Shown here piece after piece: positions 16,121-27,450 of a DNA stretch of 64,000 nt (position 1 is its first letter; every line of letters starts with the position of its first letter). The DNA lies in NCBI GenBank assembly GCA_046331705.1, contig JAXLQJ010000015.1:1-64000 (forward strand), in the 5' to 3' direction. The translations under genes were made by a program, and so were the position numbers. Below the pieces are notes generated by a model that saw nothing but the letters and a program-made list of their open reading frames with translations, was not told the DNA's origin and did not search any database. Source of the stretch: a bacterium. GTDB lineage: Bacteria > JADJOY01.

Positions 16121-17320
16121 ATGAGCTACCCATTCCCGCCGCCCACCTCGGAGGCGCTCGATGCGATGAAGCACCGCAGCGAGTCGGTGTCGTTCGGGCC
16201 GGTATTCGCGTGGATCACGCCCACGGGCCGCTGCAATCTCTATTGCACCCACTGCCCCATCCGCACCGCCCCCAAGATCGCGGACGACGCTCCCGACATG
16301 ACGCCGGAGCTGATCGAGCGCATCGCGCGCGAGGTCGTGCCCTCGCTCGAGACGGTCAAGATCGGCGGCAACAACAACGGCGAGGCCGTGCTGGCGCGCA
16401 ACTTCGACGAGTTCTACGCCCGCATCGAGCGCCCCGGGCTACGCCCCTGGATCATCACCAACGGCACGTTGCTGCGGCCCGATCAGATCGAACGCCTGGC
16501 GCGCGCCGGCGCCGTCATCGATTTCTCGATGGACGCCGCCACCGAGGCCGGTCACAAGCGCATCCGCGGGCGCGGCTTCGAGGCGCTCATGGCGAGCATC
16601 GCGGGCGCAGTCGAGGCGCGAGATCGTCACCCCTCGACCGGCGCCCAGGTGTGGGTGTCGCCCACGCTCTTTCTCGACAACCTCCACGACATGCCCGACG
16701 TCGTGCGCATGGCGGTCGAACGCCGCCTCGACGGCGTGCGAATGTCGAACCTGATCCCGCAGACCGAGGCGCAGCGCTACCAGTCGCTCGTCTACCACCG
16801 GGCGGAGTCCAACCGCGTGTTCGACGAATGCCGCCGCATCGCGGAGGGCTCGCGGCTCACGCTCATCACGCCGGAGCCCTTCGAGGCGCCGCCGATGAAG
16901 ACCAACAGCAAGGTCAAGCTCGAGGTCCCTGCGCGCGTCGACTGCATCCACCCGTGGACCTCGGTGAGCATCGACGAGAAGGGCTTGGTTCACCCGTGTT
17001 GCGTATCGGACCAGGTGCTCGGCGATCTGACGAAGCAGTCGTTCGCGGAGATCTGGAACGGCCGGAAGTACCGGACCCTCAGGCGCCGCGTGAACTCCGC
17101 CAACCCGCAGCTCTACTGCCGGCGCTGCATGCTGCGCGGCTCGAGTGGCGCGACGCTCTCGCCGGCGGCGAAGGACCAGGACCTGCTCTCCGGCATCGGC
17201 ATGTCGCGCGCCATCGACCCGATTCAATCGCTGATCTTCTTCCTGATGCAGCGCGCCCAGACGTCGCGACTCGCCAAGGCGGCGCTGCACGCGCTGCTCT
17301 GGTCGCTCGACATGCGCTGA
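16121..17320 (+). CDS. Radical SAM protein with SPASM/twitch domain
   Basis: 'CNLYCTHC' (CxxxCxxC), 'ITNGTLL', and C-terminal 'CIHPW...GLVHPCC...EIWNG...CRRC'. Confidence 0.92.
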   Translation: MSYPFPPPTSEALDAMKHRSESVSFGPVFAWITPTGRCNLYCTHCPIRTAPKIADDAPDMTPELIERIAREVVPSLETVKIGGNNNGEAVLARNFDEFYARIERPGLRPWIITNGTLLRPDQIERLARAGAVIDFSMDAATEAGHKRIRGRGFEALMASIAGAVEARDRHPSTGAQVWVSPTLFLDNLHDMPDVVRMAVERRLDGVRMSNLIPQTEAQRYQSLVYHRAESNRVFDECRRIAEGSRLTLITPEPFEAPPMKTNSKVKLEVPARVDCIHPWTSVSIDEKGLVHPCCVSDQVLGDLTKQSFAEIWNGRKYRTLRRRVNSANPQLYCRRCMLRGSSGATLSPAAKDQDLLSGIGMSRAIDPIQSLIFFLMQRAQTSRLAKAALHALLWSLDMR

Positions 17321-17430
17321 GCTCGGGCTGAGCCGGAGCCGAGCTGCGGCGAGGCCACGCGCGGGCCGCCCTTCAAGCCGCCCACGTTGCCGCGCGAGGG
17401 ACGATCCTCGGGAGGCGCCGGTCGCCCGCG

Positions 17431-19494
17431 TCAGCCGGCGTAGCCGAGCGCCTTGAGGGCGTCGCGTTCCTCGGGCGTCATCGACCGGCTCGATCCCGCC
17501 GCCGGCGACGAACGCGTGGTGCCGTGCTTCTCGCGCCAGGTCGTCACGATCTGCTCGAGGTTCGCGGTGCGCGCGGGCTCGTCGGCGGCGCGATCACGGC
17601 TCTCGTCGTCCACGCGATGGAGTGAGACCGAGCTGCGAACGCCGCTCCGGGAGTGCTCGATCAGCTTCCACGGCCCGTCGACGACGGCCGTGAGGTCTCC
17701 GCCCAGCGACCACGGGTCGAGCTCGGGGTAGACCTCGCGAAAGACCCGGATCGCGAAGTCGGGTACCTGGTACTCGGCGATCTGGACGCGTGGCTCGGGG
17801 GCACCGCGCCCCAGCACGATGGACGCGAGCGAGAGGCCTTCGTGAGCGAAGCCGCTGGCCGTGACGCCCAACAAGCCCGCCAGCGTGGCGGGCAGATCGA
17901 CGGTCTGCGCCGGGAAATCGCTGCGCAGCCCGCGCGCCACCACGTCGGCGGGGTCCGCGGCCGCGATGATCAGCGGGATTCGGAGCAACGGCTCCCAGAG
18001 CGCGAACTGGTGGCCCATCTGGCCCTGCTCACCGAGGAGCTCGCCATGGTCGGCCGTCACGACGACGAGCGTTCGCTCGAGGTCGCCCGCGGCGCGCAGC
18101 GCGTCCCAGAGCTCGGCGAGGCGCGAGTCGAGGTACGCGAGCTCGGCGTCGTAGAGGTCCGTCTGGATCGCCAGCTGGCGCGCGCTGAGCTTCACCTTGC
18201 CCGACTCGAAGAGCTTCGAGTCCATCTGCATGTCCACGCGGTCCTGGTCGCTCAAGTCGGCGGGAAGGAAACGGTCGCCGTGGGGACTTCCGAAGTTCGG
18301 CTGGTGCGCCTCCATGAGGTTCACGAACGCGAAGAACGGCCGCGCGCGGTCGCGCTCCGCGAGCCAGCGGCGAAGCATGGCGATCGTCGCCGCCGCGCCG
18401 TCGTCCTTCGCCACCGCGCGCAGCTCGACGATCATCCGCAGCGGCATCAGATCGAAGACGGTGTGGCGCAGCGCGTGGAGCTCCTTCCACACCGGCACGA
18501 AGTGCTCGAATCCGCGCGTGACTCCCGAGAATCCGCCGAGCCACGGGTTGTTGGTCCAGCACGCGGTCTGGTAGCCGGCGGAGCGCAAGAGCTCGGCCAG
18601 GGTGGGGACGTTCGCGTGCAGGAAGAGCTCTTGCCCACGCGCGCCGTGGCTCGACGGATAGAGCCCGGTGAAGAGCGAAGCATGCGACGGCAGCGTCCAC
18701 GGCGCGACGGCGCGCGCGTTCTCGAAGAGCACTCCCTCGCGCGCCAAGCGCGTCAGGAACGGCGTGGTCTCGCGCGGGTAGCCGTAGGTCGAGGTGTGAT
18801 CGGCGCGCGTGGTGTCGAGCACCAGCAGCAACACGTTCCAATCCTTCGCCTTCGCCGTGGGGTCGCGCCGAACCTCGAGCGTCGCGCCGAGCGCGGTGTC
18901 GGCGGGACGCTCGATGGCGAGGAGCGGATAGAGGCTCGGCAGGCCGAAGAGCAGGAGCAGCACGAGCGCGAGTCGAACGTGGAAGCGGACCCGAAAGAGC
19001 GGCTGGAAGGTCGCTCGTCGTGCGATCCGCGTCAGCAGCGCGCCCACCGCGAGCGCGGCCGCGACCGCCACGGCGCCGAGCACCGCCCATTCCAGCGGCG
19101 TGGGCGCGGGGACCTTCGTGAGGTACGGATTGCCGGCCAGCGCGAGCTTCGAGACCAGCCGCCAGGCCATGAGCACGAAGAACGGCACCAGCCAACCCAC
19201 CAGCCGCGCGAGCGTGGTGGGCTCGTCGCGCGGCGCGAGGCGCAGCGCCGCGCGCGCCAGCGCGACCAACGCGAGCACGCCGCCGAAGAGCGCGGCGTAG
19301 AGGATCATCGCCTCGAGCAGCACCTCGGGGCGAAGCAGCGCCAGGTTCTCGGGCGAGAGCGTTCCGAGGACGTGGAAGCGCCGCGCCATGATGCGCAGGT
19401 CCTCGAACGCGGCCCAGGTCACACCCGCGGAAGCGCCCAGCGCGAGCGCGCAGCGCAGCTCGCGCGCCAGCGATCCGTCCGGTCGCGCGCTCAT
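17431..19494 (-). CDS. Membrane-anchored sulfatase-like (alkaline phosphatase superfamily) protein
   Basis: About five N-terminal TM helices, then 'LLVLDTTRADH', 'APWTLPSHASLFTG', 'TADHGE', and C-terminal 'LKALGY'. ATG 19494 overlaps the upstream stop. Confidence 0.9.
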   Translation of the reverse strand: MSARPDGSLARELRCALALGASAGVTWAAFEDLRIMARRFHVLGTLSPENLALLRPEVLLEAMILYAALFGGVLALVALARAALRLAPRDEPTTLARLVGWLVPFFVLMAWRLVSKLALAGNPYLTKVPAPTPLEWAVLGAVAVAAALAVGALLTRIARRATFQPLFRVRFHVRLALVLLLLFGLPSLYPLLAIERPADTALGATLEVRRDPTAKAKDWNVLLLVLDTTRADHTSTYGYPRETTPFLTRLAREGVLFENARAVAPWTLPSHASLFTGLYPSSHGARGQELFLHANVPTLAELLRSAGYQTACWTNNPWLGGFSGVTRGFEHFVPVWKELHALRHTVFDLMPLRMIVELRAVAKDDGAAATIAMLRRWLAERDRARPFFAFVNLMEAHQPNFGSPHGDRFLPADLSDQDRVDMQMDSKLFESGKVKLSARQLAIQTDLYDAELAYLDSRLAELWDALRAAGDLERTLVVVTADHGELLGEQGQMGHQFALWEPLLRIPLIIAAADPADVVARGLRSDFPAQTVDLPATLAGLLGVTASGFAHEGLSLASIVLGRGAPEPRVQIAEYQVPDFAIRVFREVYPELDPWSLGGDLTAVVDGPWKLIEHSRSGVRSSVSLHRVDDESRDRAADEPARTANLEQIVTTWREKHGTTRSSPAAGSSRSMTPEERDALKALGYAG

Positions 19495-20927
19495 CGGGCG
19501 AGGAGCGTGAGGATGGCGCCCGCGCTCGCGAAGCGCACCGCGCGCTGCGGATCGCCGAGCAACGGGACGAGCTGGGCGACGTCCGCCGCGCGGCCGGTCT
19601 TGCCGATGCCGCGCGCGGCGAGCCGTCGCACCAGCGGGTCGGGATCGGCCAGCCCGGTGCGCAAGCCCGCCAGGCCGGCGGAGCCCATCTCGCTCAGCGT
19701 CCGGATCGATTGAGCGCGCTCGTACTTGTCGGCGGTGCGGGCCTCGATGGTCGCCTCCGGCGGCGGTGGCGGCGGCTGGTCCGGCACGCCGCGCCGTCCG
19801 GCGAGCAGCGCGCCGGCGAGCGCGCCGAGCGAGCCCAGCGCGCCGCGCTTCTTGGTCACGTACGCGCGCCCCTCCGGGTCGCCGAGCTTCTCGAGAGCGG
19901 CGGCGGCTTGGTCGCGCACCAGCTCGCTCGAATCGGCGAGCGCCTCGCGGATCAGCGGGATCGACGCGCGATCGTCGAGCTCGGCGAGCTTGTCGAAGGC
20001 CTTGGTGCGCTGCGTGTTGTGGCGCGAGCGGGCCATCTCGCGCAGCACCGGCAAGCCGGTCGCATCGTCGAGATCCGCGAGCGCGCCCGCCGAGATCAGG
20101 CGCACGTCGGGGGAGGGGTCCTCGAGCCCGATGCGAAGCACCGGGATCGTGCGCGGATCGTCGTATTTGTCGAGCGTCTGCACGAGCTCCACGCGATACC
20201 ATTCCTCGGGGTCCTGGATGAGGGCGTCCGCCACGGTGAAGGCCGTCGGGTCGCCCAGTCGTCCGAGTTGCACCACGGCCCAGAGCTTGTCGTCGCGCGT
20301 GCCGGTGCGCGCCTCGCGCCGCAGGTAGCGCAAGGCGCTGAGGTCGTTCATGCGCGCCAGCTCGTCGGCGGCGAGCTTGCGCACCTCCGGATCGGCGTGG
20401 CGCAGGTTCGCGCGCAGCGTCGCGCGCGCCTTGCGTCCGCCGATGCGCCGAATCGCGTGGCTCGCGGCGCCGCGGACGTCCTTGATCGTGTCCTGCTCGA
20501 CCACGCGATCGAGCGGCTCGATGAAGAGCGCGAGCTCGGTCGCCTCGATCTCCTCCACGACGGTCTTGCGCGTCTCGACGTCGGGGTCGATCAAGGCGAG
20601 CTCGAGCACCCGTTCGCAGATGGCGCGCAGCAGCGCGCGCTTGGGATCGCCCGGAGTCGCGGCGAGCGCCTCGTAGCGGGCGACGCCGTGGGTGCCGGCG
20701 TCGCGGGCGATCTCCCACGCTGCCACGACACCCACCTGCGCGGCGTCGAGGGGGGCGGGCGGCTCGGTCGCCTGATAGGCGCGGACGATGGCCTCGAGCG
20801 GCTCGCGCGCGCCGCGGGCCAGCGCCTCGTCGAACGGCTCGGCGCCGGGTCGATCGGCGGCGCCCGCCGCCGTCGCCAGCGCCAACGCGGCGGAGGCGCG
20901 AACGAGCGAGGCGCCGTGGGACCTCAC
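19491..20927 (-). CDS. HEAT-repeat (PBS lyase-like) protein, probably exported
   Basis: Repeated '[13 protein letters not shown]', '[15 protein letters not shown]', '[15 protein letters not shown]'. Signal-like N-terminus; GTG overlaps the upstream stop. Confidence 0.85.
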   Translation of the reverse strand: MRSHGASLVRASAALALATAAGAADRPGAEPFDEALARGAREPLEAIVRAYQATEPPAPLDAAQVGVVAAWEIARDAGTHGVARYEALAATPGDPKRALLRAICERVLELALIDPDVETRKTVVEEIEATELALFIEPLDRVVEQDTIKDVRGAASHAIRRIGGRKARATLRANLRHADPEVRKLAADELARMNDLSALRYLRREARTGTRDDKLWAVVQLGRLGDPTAFTVADALIQDPEEWYRVELVQTLDKYDDPRTIPVLRIGLEDPSPDVRLISAGALADLDDATGLPVLREMARSRHNTQRTKAFDKLAELDDRASIPLIREALADSSELVRDQAAAALEKLGDPEGRAYVTKKRGALGSLGALAGALLAGRRGVPDQPPPPPPEATIEARTADKYERAQSIRTLSEMGSAGLAGLRTGLADPDPLVRRLAARGIGKTGRAADVAQLVPLLGDPQRAVRFASAGAILTLLAR

Positions 20928-21934
20928 GTCTCGACCCAGCACGCCGCCGCGTGCTCGGGACCGCGAACCGAGAGCGGCGGCGCCTCGACCCGACAGCGCT
21001 CCTGGACGAGCGGGCAGCGCGGGTGGAAATGGCAGCCGCGCGGTGGATCGATGGGGCTCGGCACGTCGCCGACCGGAACGGCGGCACGGCGGCGCCGCCG
21101 CGGATCGGGATCGGGTACCGAATCGAGGAGCACGCGCGTGTAGGGATGGGCCGGCGCCTCGAAGATGGCCGCGGCGGGCGCGATCTCCACCAGCCGTCCG
21201 AGGTACATCACCGCCACCCGCCGGCTCATGTGCCGCACCACCCGCAGGTCGTGCGAGATGAAGAGCATCGTGAGGTGGAGCTCGCGCTGCAGGTCGGCGA
21301 GCAAGTTCAGCACCTGTGCCTGGATGGACACGTCGAGAGCGCTCACCGGCTCGTCCGCGACGAGCAGCTCGGGATCGAGCGCCAGCGCCCGCGCGATGCC
21401 GACGCGCTGGCGCTGTCCGCCGCTGAACTCGTGGGGATAGTGCGACGCGTGCTCGGGCTGCAGCCCCACGCGCTCGAGCAGCTCGACCACTCGCTCGCGG
21501 CGCTCGGCGCGCGTCCCCACCGCGTGGATCACGAACGGCTCCTCGAGCGCCTCGCCGATGGTCATGCGCGGATTGAGGCTGGCGTACGGGTCCTGGAAAA
21601 CGATCTGCATGCGTCTGCGAAACGCCTTGAGCTCGCCGCGAGCGAGCGTCGCGAGGTCGCGATCGTGGAAGCGGATCGAGCCCGCGCTCGGGTCGATCAG
21701 GCGCAGCGCCAGACGCCCGAGCGTCGACTTGCCGCAGCCGCTCTCACCCACGAGCCCCACGGTCTCGCCGGGCCAGACGTCGAGGTCCACGTGGTCCACG
21801 GCCCGCACCTCGCCGTGGCGGCGACGCGACAGCATTGCCGCGCGGATCGGAAAGCTCTTGGTGAGGCCGCGCAGCGAGAGCAGCGGGGCGGCCGAGTCGG
21901 GCCGTGCGGGATCCGGCGTGGGAGCTGCGTGCAT
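20924..21934 (-). CDS. Oligopeptide/dipeptide ABC transporter ATP-binding protein (OppF/DppF-like)
   Basis: 'GESGCGKST', 'FSGGQRQR', 'ADEPVSALD', oligo_HPY 'HPYT...GCHFHPRC'. Confidence 0.94.
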   Translation of the reverse strand: MHAAPTPDPARPDSAAPLLSLRGLTKSFPIRAAMLSRRRHGEVRAVDHVDLDVWPGETVGLVGESGCGKSTLGRLALRLIDPSAGSIRFHDRDLATLARGELKAFRRRMQIVFQDPYASLNPRMTIGEALEEPFVIHAVGTRAERRERVVELLERVGLQPEHASHYPHEFSGGQRQRVGIARALALDPELLVADEPVSALDVSIQAQVLNLLADLQRELHLTMLFISHDLRVVRHMSRRVAVMYLGRLVEIAPAAAIFEAPAHPYTRVLLDSVPDPDPRRRRRAAVPVGDVPSPIDPPRGCHFHPRCPLVQERCRVEAPPLSVRGPEHAAACWVET

Positions 21935-21982
21935 GTCGAGACTCGCTTCGCCGGGGATCGCTCGGAAGCGCGCGCCCTCGCG

Positions 21983-22985
<1,003 letters not shown>

Positions 22986-23174
22986 GGCCGAAACGGTGCG
23001 ATGGGAGCGATTCCGCCGGCTGCTTCTCGTCGATCCCGGTGCCGGCCGGCGGGCGCGCGTCGCTAGTTTATAGCCGAAGCCGTGCACGCCGGGTGCACCG
23101 CTTCCGAAGCGCGGCGCGGCGCGAGCCGACGACGCGCGCGGTCGCGAGCGCCGGTGACGTGCCCGCGCGACGGC

Positions 23175-24290
23175 TCAGACCTTGCCGTGCAGGATGGCGC
23201 GGGCCTCGGTCTCGGTGAGCAGGCCCTTGCGCACCAGGATGCGCAGCAGGAGCCGCACCTGCTTGTCGGTGGGCAGCAACGCGTCCTCGGGCTCGCTCGC
23301 GTGCTTGGGCTCGGGGGCTGGCTTGGGCGCGGGCGTCACCACGGTGGTGGTGGGCGGCGGCTCGTAGAACGGGATGCGCGCCTCGCTCGCCTCCTCGGCG
23401 GCGCGCTCGTCCGCGAGGCGCAGGCCTTCGAGGATCAGCGCGTCGTTGTTGTCGAAGATGGTTCGCTCGAGGTCGGGTGGGTTGGGGCGCAGCGTGAACG
23501 TGCCTTCCTGCCACGTCACCAGCTCGAGCGCGGCGCGCGGGCCCTGGATGTAGTCGGTGTCGGCGTGAACGATGTGGCCGTTGTCGAGGTAGATGCGCCC
23601 GGTGCCGAGCGACCCGTTCAGGTGGATGGTGATCGTCTTGCCGCCGGCGCCGAGGATCTGAAGCATCTCCACGACACCCATGTCGACGAGGCTTCCCGCC
23701 ACGCCCTGCTCGCGGGTGTCGATCGCGCGGATCAGCTCCTCCTTGTTGAAGCGCTCGATCACCATCTCGTTGCCGGCGCGATAGCTCGAGTCGATCTCGA
23801 CGCCGCCGAGCCGGATGCTCTTCCCGGGCACGGCGGAGCCCGAGTAGCACTTGCCGATGGCGCCCATGATCTCGACCTCGCCCGCCAGGTACGCCTTCAC
23901 GTGACTGATGCCGGTGACGAACTTGAGCTCGTCCAGGCTCGCCGTGTTCTCGGGCTGCGACACCGCGACGTGCAAGGTCTTGCGCGGCGACTTCTCGAGC
24001 TTGATCGCGAGCAGCCCGTGCTCGCGCGCGAACGCCGCGGGCACCAGCTCCAGGGCCTCCATCTCGACCTCGGTCTGCGCGAGCTGCAGCACCGGGATCT
24101 GGAAGATCTCGCTCAGCACCTGATTGAGCGTCGTTTCCTTGATGTAGCCCAGCTTGTTGAGGATCGTGCCGAGCTTTCCGCCCCAGCGGTTCTGGTGGTT
24201 GAGCGCCGCGTTCAGCTCGAGCTGGGAGATGGCCTTCTTGGCCATCAACATCTGGCCGATCGGGACACGCTGAGCGGTGGGGGTCGTCAT
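23175..24290 (-). CDS. GspE_N/MshEN-like plus DUF4388 domain protein
   Basis: N-terminal 'PIGQMLMAKKAISQLELNAALNHQ...KLGTILNKLGYI'; DUF4388-like 'GSLVDMGVVEMLQIL...GRIYLDNGHIVHA...WQEGTF...ILEGLRLADE'. Confidence 0.82.
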   Translation of the reverse strand: MTTPTAQRVPIGQMLMAKKAISQLELNAALNHQNRWGGKLGTILNKLGYIKETTLNQVLSEIFQIPVLQLAQTEVEMEALELVPAAFAREHGLLAIKLEKSPRKTLHVAVSQPENTASLDELKFVTGISHVKAYLAGEVEIMGAIGKCYSGSAVPGKSIRLGGVEIDSSYRAGNEMVIERFNKEELIRAIDTREQGVAGSLVDMGVVEMLQILGAGGKTITIHLNGSLGTGRIYLDNGHIVHADTDYIQGPRAALELVTWQEGTFTLRPNPPDLERTIFDNNDALILEGLRLADERAAEEASEARIPFYEPPPTTTVVTPAPKPAPEPKHASEPEDALLPTDKQVRLLLRILVRKGLLTETEARAILHGKV

Positions 24291-24313
24291 GGTCGCCGTG
24301 GGAACCGATTTCG

Positions 24314-24343
24314 ACGCTAGCAGAGCGGGAAAACACGAGTCAA
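24314..24343 (-). promoter_or_regulatory. Candidate sigma-70 promoter for the DUF4388 gene
   Basis: Minus strand TTGACT-N18-TAGCGT with extended -10 TGC. Confidence 0.55.
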
Positions 24344-24409
24344 CGCCGTTGCGGCGCGTGGCGATCTCCGAGCCCGCGGGCGCCTGCCGCGCCCTGCGAC
24401 CTTCCGTTT

Positions 24410-25396
24410 TTACGGGTTCGTCGCGAGGAAGCAGCGCACGCTTCCGTGCGAGACCGGGACGACCGGCGGCGCCTCCGATCGGCAGCGCTCCATCACCACG
24501 GGACAGCGCGTGTGGAAGTGGCAGCCGGGGGGCGGGTTCGCGGGCGACGGCACGTCGCCGAGCACCGGCACGCGCTCGTGCGCCGCGTGGGGGTCGATCG
24601 TGGGCACGGCGTGCATCAGGGCTTGTGTGTACGGATGCCGGGGCGCCCGCATCAGCTCCTCGGCGCGCCCCCGCTCCACGACGCGCCCCAGGTACATCAC
24701 GGCGATCTCGTCGGCGAGATAGCGGACCACGCCGAGGTCGTGGGTGATGAAGAGGTAGGCGAGCCCGAGCTCCTGCTGCAGGTCGCGCAACAGGTTCAGG
24801 ATCTGCGCCTGAATCGACACGTCGAGCGCCGACACGGCCTCGTCGCAGATCAGGAGCCGGGGCTCGACGGCGAGCGCCCGCGCGATGCAGATGCGCTGCC
24901 GCTGGCCTCCCGAGAACTCGTGGGGATAGCGGTACATGTGGCGCGGGTCGAGCTTGACGCGCGTCAGCAGCGCGGCGACCCGCTCGTCGCGCTCGCGATC
25001 GTCGGCGCCGATCCCGAACGAGCGCATGCCTTCCGCCACGATCTCGCGGACCCGCATGCGCGGATTGAGCGATGCCATCGGGTCTTGGAAGACGATCTGC
25101 AGCTTGCGTCGGTAGGGCCGCAGCGCCGCGGCGTCGAGGGTGAGCAGGTCGACTCCCTCGAAGAGCACGCGTCCGGTGCGCGCGGGCACCAGCCGCAAGA
25201 TCGAACGTCCCACCGTGGTCTTGCCGCAGCCCGACTCGCCCACCAGCGCCACGGTGCGGCCGGCCTCGACCGCGAGGTCGATGCCGTCGACGGCGCGGAC
25301 CCAGCCGACCGTCTTGCGCAGCACGCCCTTGCGGATGGGGAACCAGGTGGAAAGGCCCTCGACGGAGAGCAGCGGTGTCGCGGCGGTGGCGCTCAC
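24410..25396 (-). CDS. Oligopeptide ABC ATP-binding protein (OppF/DppF-like)
   Basis: 'GESGCGKTT', '[12 protein letters not shown]', 'CDEAVSALD', 'HPYT...GCHFHTRC'. GTG overlaps the upstream stop. Confidence 0.94.
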   Translation of the reverse strand: MSATAATPLLSVEGLSTWFPIRKGVLRKTVGWVRAVDGIDLAVEAGRTVALVGESGCGKTTVGRSILRLVPARTGRVLFEGVDLLTLDAAALRPYRRKLQIVFQDPMASLNPRMRVREIVAEGMRSFGIGADDRERDERVAALLTRVKLDPRHMYRYPHEFSGGQRQRICIARALAVEPRLLICDEAVSALDVSIQAQILNLLRDLQQELGLAYLFITHDLGVVRYLADEIAVMYLGRVVERGRAEELMRAPRHPYTQALMHAVPTIDPHAAHERVPVLGDVPSPANPPPGCHFHTRCPVVMERCRSEAPPVVPVSHGSVRCFLATNP

Positions 25397-26370
25397 GGGC
25401 GGGTCTCGCTGGTCACGGCGTGGCACCACACCTGGTGCTGGCCTGCTCGCACCTCCACGCGCGGCACGACGTCGCGGCACGGTGCCAACGCCACCGGGCA
25501 GCGATTGGTGAAGCGGCAGCCCGGGGGCCATTCGTTGGGCGGCGGCACCACGCCCTGGATCTCGTAGAGCCGCGCGCCGCGCGCGGCGCGCGCGGGAATC
25601 GAGCGCAGCAGTCCTTGCGTGTACGGGTGGAGCGGCGAGTCGATCACCGCACGCGTGTGGCCGGTCTCGACCACGCGTCCCGCGTACATCACGGCGATGC
25701 GGTCGGCGAGCTCGCTCACCACGCCCAGGTCGTGGGTGATGAGCACGATCGCCATGCCGAGATCGCGGCGCAGGTCGCGCAGCAGCTCGAGGATCTGGGC
25801 CTGGATCGTGACGTCGAGCGCGGTGGTGGGCTCGTCGGCGATCAGTACCTTGGGGTTGGTGGCGAGCGCCATCGCGATCATCACGCGCTGCTTGAGGCCG
25901 CCCGAGAGCTGGTGCGGGTACGCGTCGAAGCGATCCGCCGGATCCGGGATGCCGACGCGCTTGAAGAGCGCGATGGTGCGGTCGCGAGCGGCAGCGCGCG
26001 TGACGCGCTCGTGGAGGAGGATCGCCTCCACCACCTGCGCGCCCGCCGTCACCACCGGGTTCAGGCTGGTCATCGGCTCCTGGAAGATCATCGCGATGTC
26101 GGCGCCGCGCACCGCGCGCATCGCGTCGACGTCGAGATCGAGCACGTTCACGCCGTCGAGCTCGATCCGTCCGGCTTCGATCTTGCCCGGGCGCGGCACC
26201 AGTCGCAGCAGCGAGAGCGCGGTCATCGACTTGCCGCAGCCCGACTCGCCGACCAGCGCGAAGACCTCGCCGCGCTCGATCGCGAAGTCGACGTGATCGA
26301 CCACGGGCACACGCCCGCCGTCGCTGGGGAAGGTGGTGGTGAGGCCCGAGACGGAGAGGATCGGCGGCAT
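25393..26370 (-). CDS. Oligopeptide ABC ATP-binding protein (OppD/DppD-like)
   Basis: 'GESGCGKS', 'YPHQLSGGLKQR', 'ADEPTTALD', 'HPYT...GCRFTNRC'. An alternative GTG start lies at 26391. Confidence 0.94.
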   Translation of the reverse strand: MPPILSVSGLTTTFPSDGGRVPVVDHVDFAIERGEVFALVGESGCGKSMTALSLLRLVPRPGKIEAGRIELDGVNVLDLDVDAMRAVRGADIAMIFQEPMTSLNPVVTAGAQVVEAILLHERVTRAAARDRTIALFKRVGIPDPADRFDAYPHQLSGGLKQRVMIAMALATNPKVLIADEPTTALDVTIQAQILELLRDLRRDLGMAIVLITHDLGVVSELADRIAVMYAGRVVETGHTRAVIDSPLHPYTQGLLRSIPARAARGARLYEIQGVVPPPNEWPPGCRFTNRCPVALAPCRDVVPRVEVRAGQHQVWCHAVTSETRP

Positions 26371-26387
26371 CGCGGCGAGGGTGCGGC

Positions 26388-27413
26388 TCACTGGCTCTCG
26401 CGGAGGGTGCGCGGATCGAGCACGTCTCGAAGCGCGTCCCCCACGACGTTCACCGCGAGGATCAGGACGAAGAGCGCGATGCCGGCGGCGGTCAGGTTCC
26501 ACCACACGGCGGGCTCGCGCGCCAGCTCGTCGCGCGCGCGATCGATCATCTGCCCCCAGCTTCCCGGGACGCCGATGCCGAGGAACGAGAGCACCGCCTC
26601 CGAGAGCACCAGCCCCGAGAACGTCAGCACGAAGGTGATCACGATCAGGTGCGACAGGTTCGGTAGGACGTGGCGGAACACGATCTTGAGATCGTTCACG
26701 CCGAGCGCCCGCGCGGCCTGCACGTAGTCCATCTCGCGCAGCTTCAAGGTCTCGCCGCGCGCCATGCGGCAGAAGCCCACCCAGCTCGTGACCCCGAGCG
26801 CCACGCACACCTGGAGCGTGCCGCGACCGAGCGCCATCACCAGCGCGATCAGCAACAGCAACGTCGGCATGGAGGCGAGCGTGGACATGACGAAGAACAC
26901 CGCATCGTCCACCCATCCGCCGCGGTAGCCGGCCGACACGCCGAACAGGAGCGCCAACGGGATCGCGATCAGGCTCGTGACCCCGCCGATGAGCAACGCC
27001 ACGCGCGCGCCCTTGAGCACCAGGTAGAGGCAGTCGCGACCGAGCACGTCGGTGCCGAACGGATGCTTGCCGGGGTGCTTGAGCGCCGAGCCGCCGTAGA
27101 ACTCCACCTTCGCGAAGGGCGCGGAGTAGCTTTTCTCCTGCGAGCCCGCGAACGCGCGGTCGATCGGGCTGCGCGCCTCGTGAGCGGCGACCACGTCGCC
27201 GCCCGCGGCCGAGCCGCCGACCCAGCGCACCGAGTCGACGAGCGCCACCAGCAAGTAGAGGCCGATCACCGCGAGCGCGATGGGACGGCGCCGCACCAGG
27301 TCGCGCGTGGCTTCCAGCCAGAGCCGATCGCGGCGGATCGCGCGCGCCACGGCCACGCTGCCGATCAGCGCCGCTGCGACGACGACGTTCGAGACGATCC
27401 AGCCCTCGATCAT
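26388..27413 (-). CDS. Oligopeptide ABC transporter permease (OppC/DppC-like)
   Basis: 'HPFGTDVLGRD', EAA motif 'YVQAARALG', 'NVVGDALRDVLDPR'. Confidence 0.94.
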   Translation of the reverse strand: MIEGWIVSNVVVAAALIGSVAVARAIRRDRLWLEATRDLVRRRPIALAVIGLYLLVALVDSVRWVGGSAAGGDVVAAHEARSPIDRAFAGSQEKSYSAPFAKVEFYGGSALKHPGKHPFGTDVLGRDCLYLVLKGARVALLIGGVTSLIAIPLALLFGVSAGYRGGWVDDAVFFVMSTLASMPTLLLLIALVMALGRGTLQVCVALGVTSWVGFCRMARGETLKLREMDYVQAARALGVNDLKIVFRHVLPNLSHLIVITFVLTFSGLVLSEAVLSFLGIGVPGSWGQMIDRARDELAREPAVWWNLTAAGIALFVLILAVNVVGDALRDVLDPRTLRESQ

Positions 27414-27450
27414 GCGGGCTCGAGGGACGAAGGGAGGGCGAGGAGGCGCG

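Noticed and set aside
16121-17320. RiPP cluster around the radical SAM/SPASM gene
   Set aside because: No adjacent short precursor ORF, RRE/PqqD domain or peptidase/exporter is evident.
17431-21087. 1218-aa fusion ORF
   Set aside because: The N-terminal ~530 aa is an off-frame read of the HEAT gene. The real sulfatase-like gene starts at ATG 19494.
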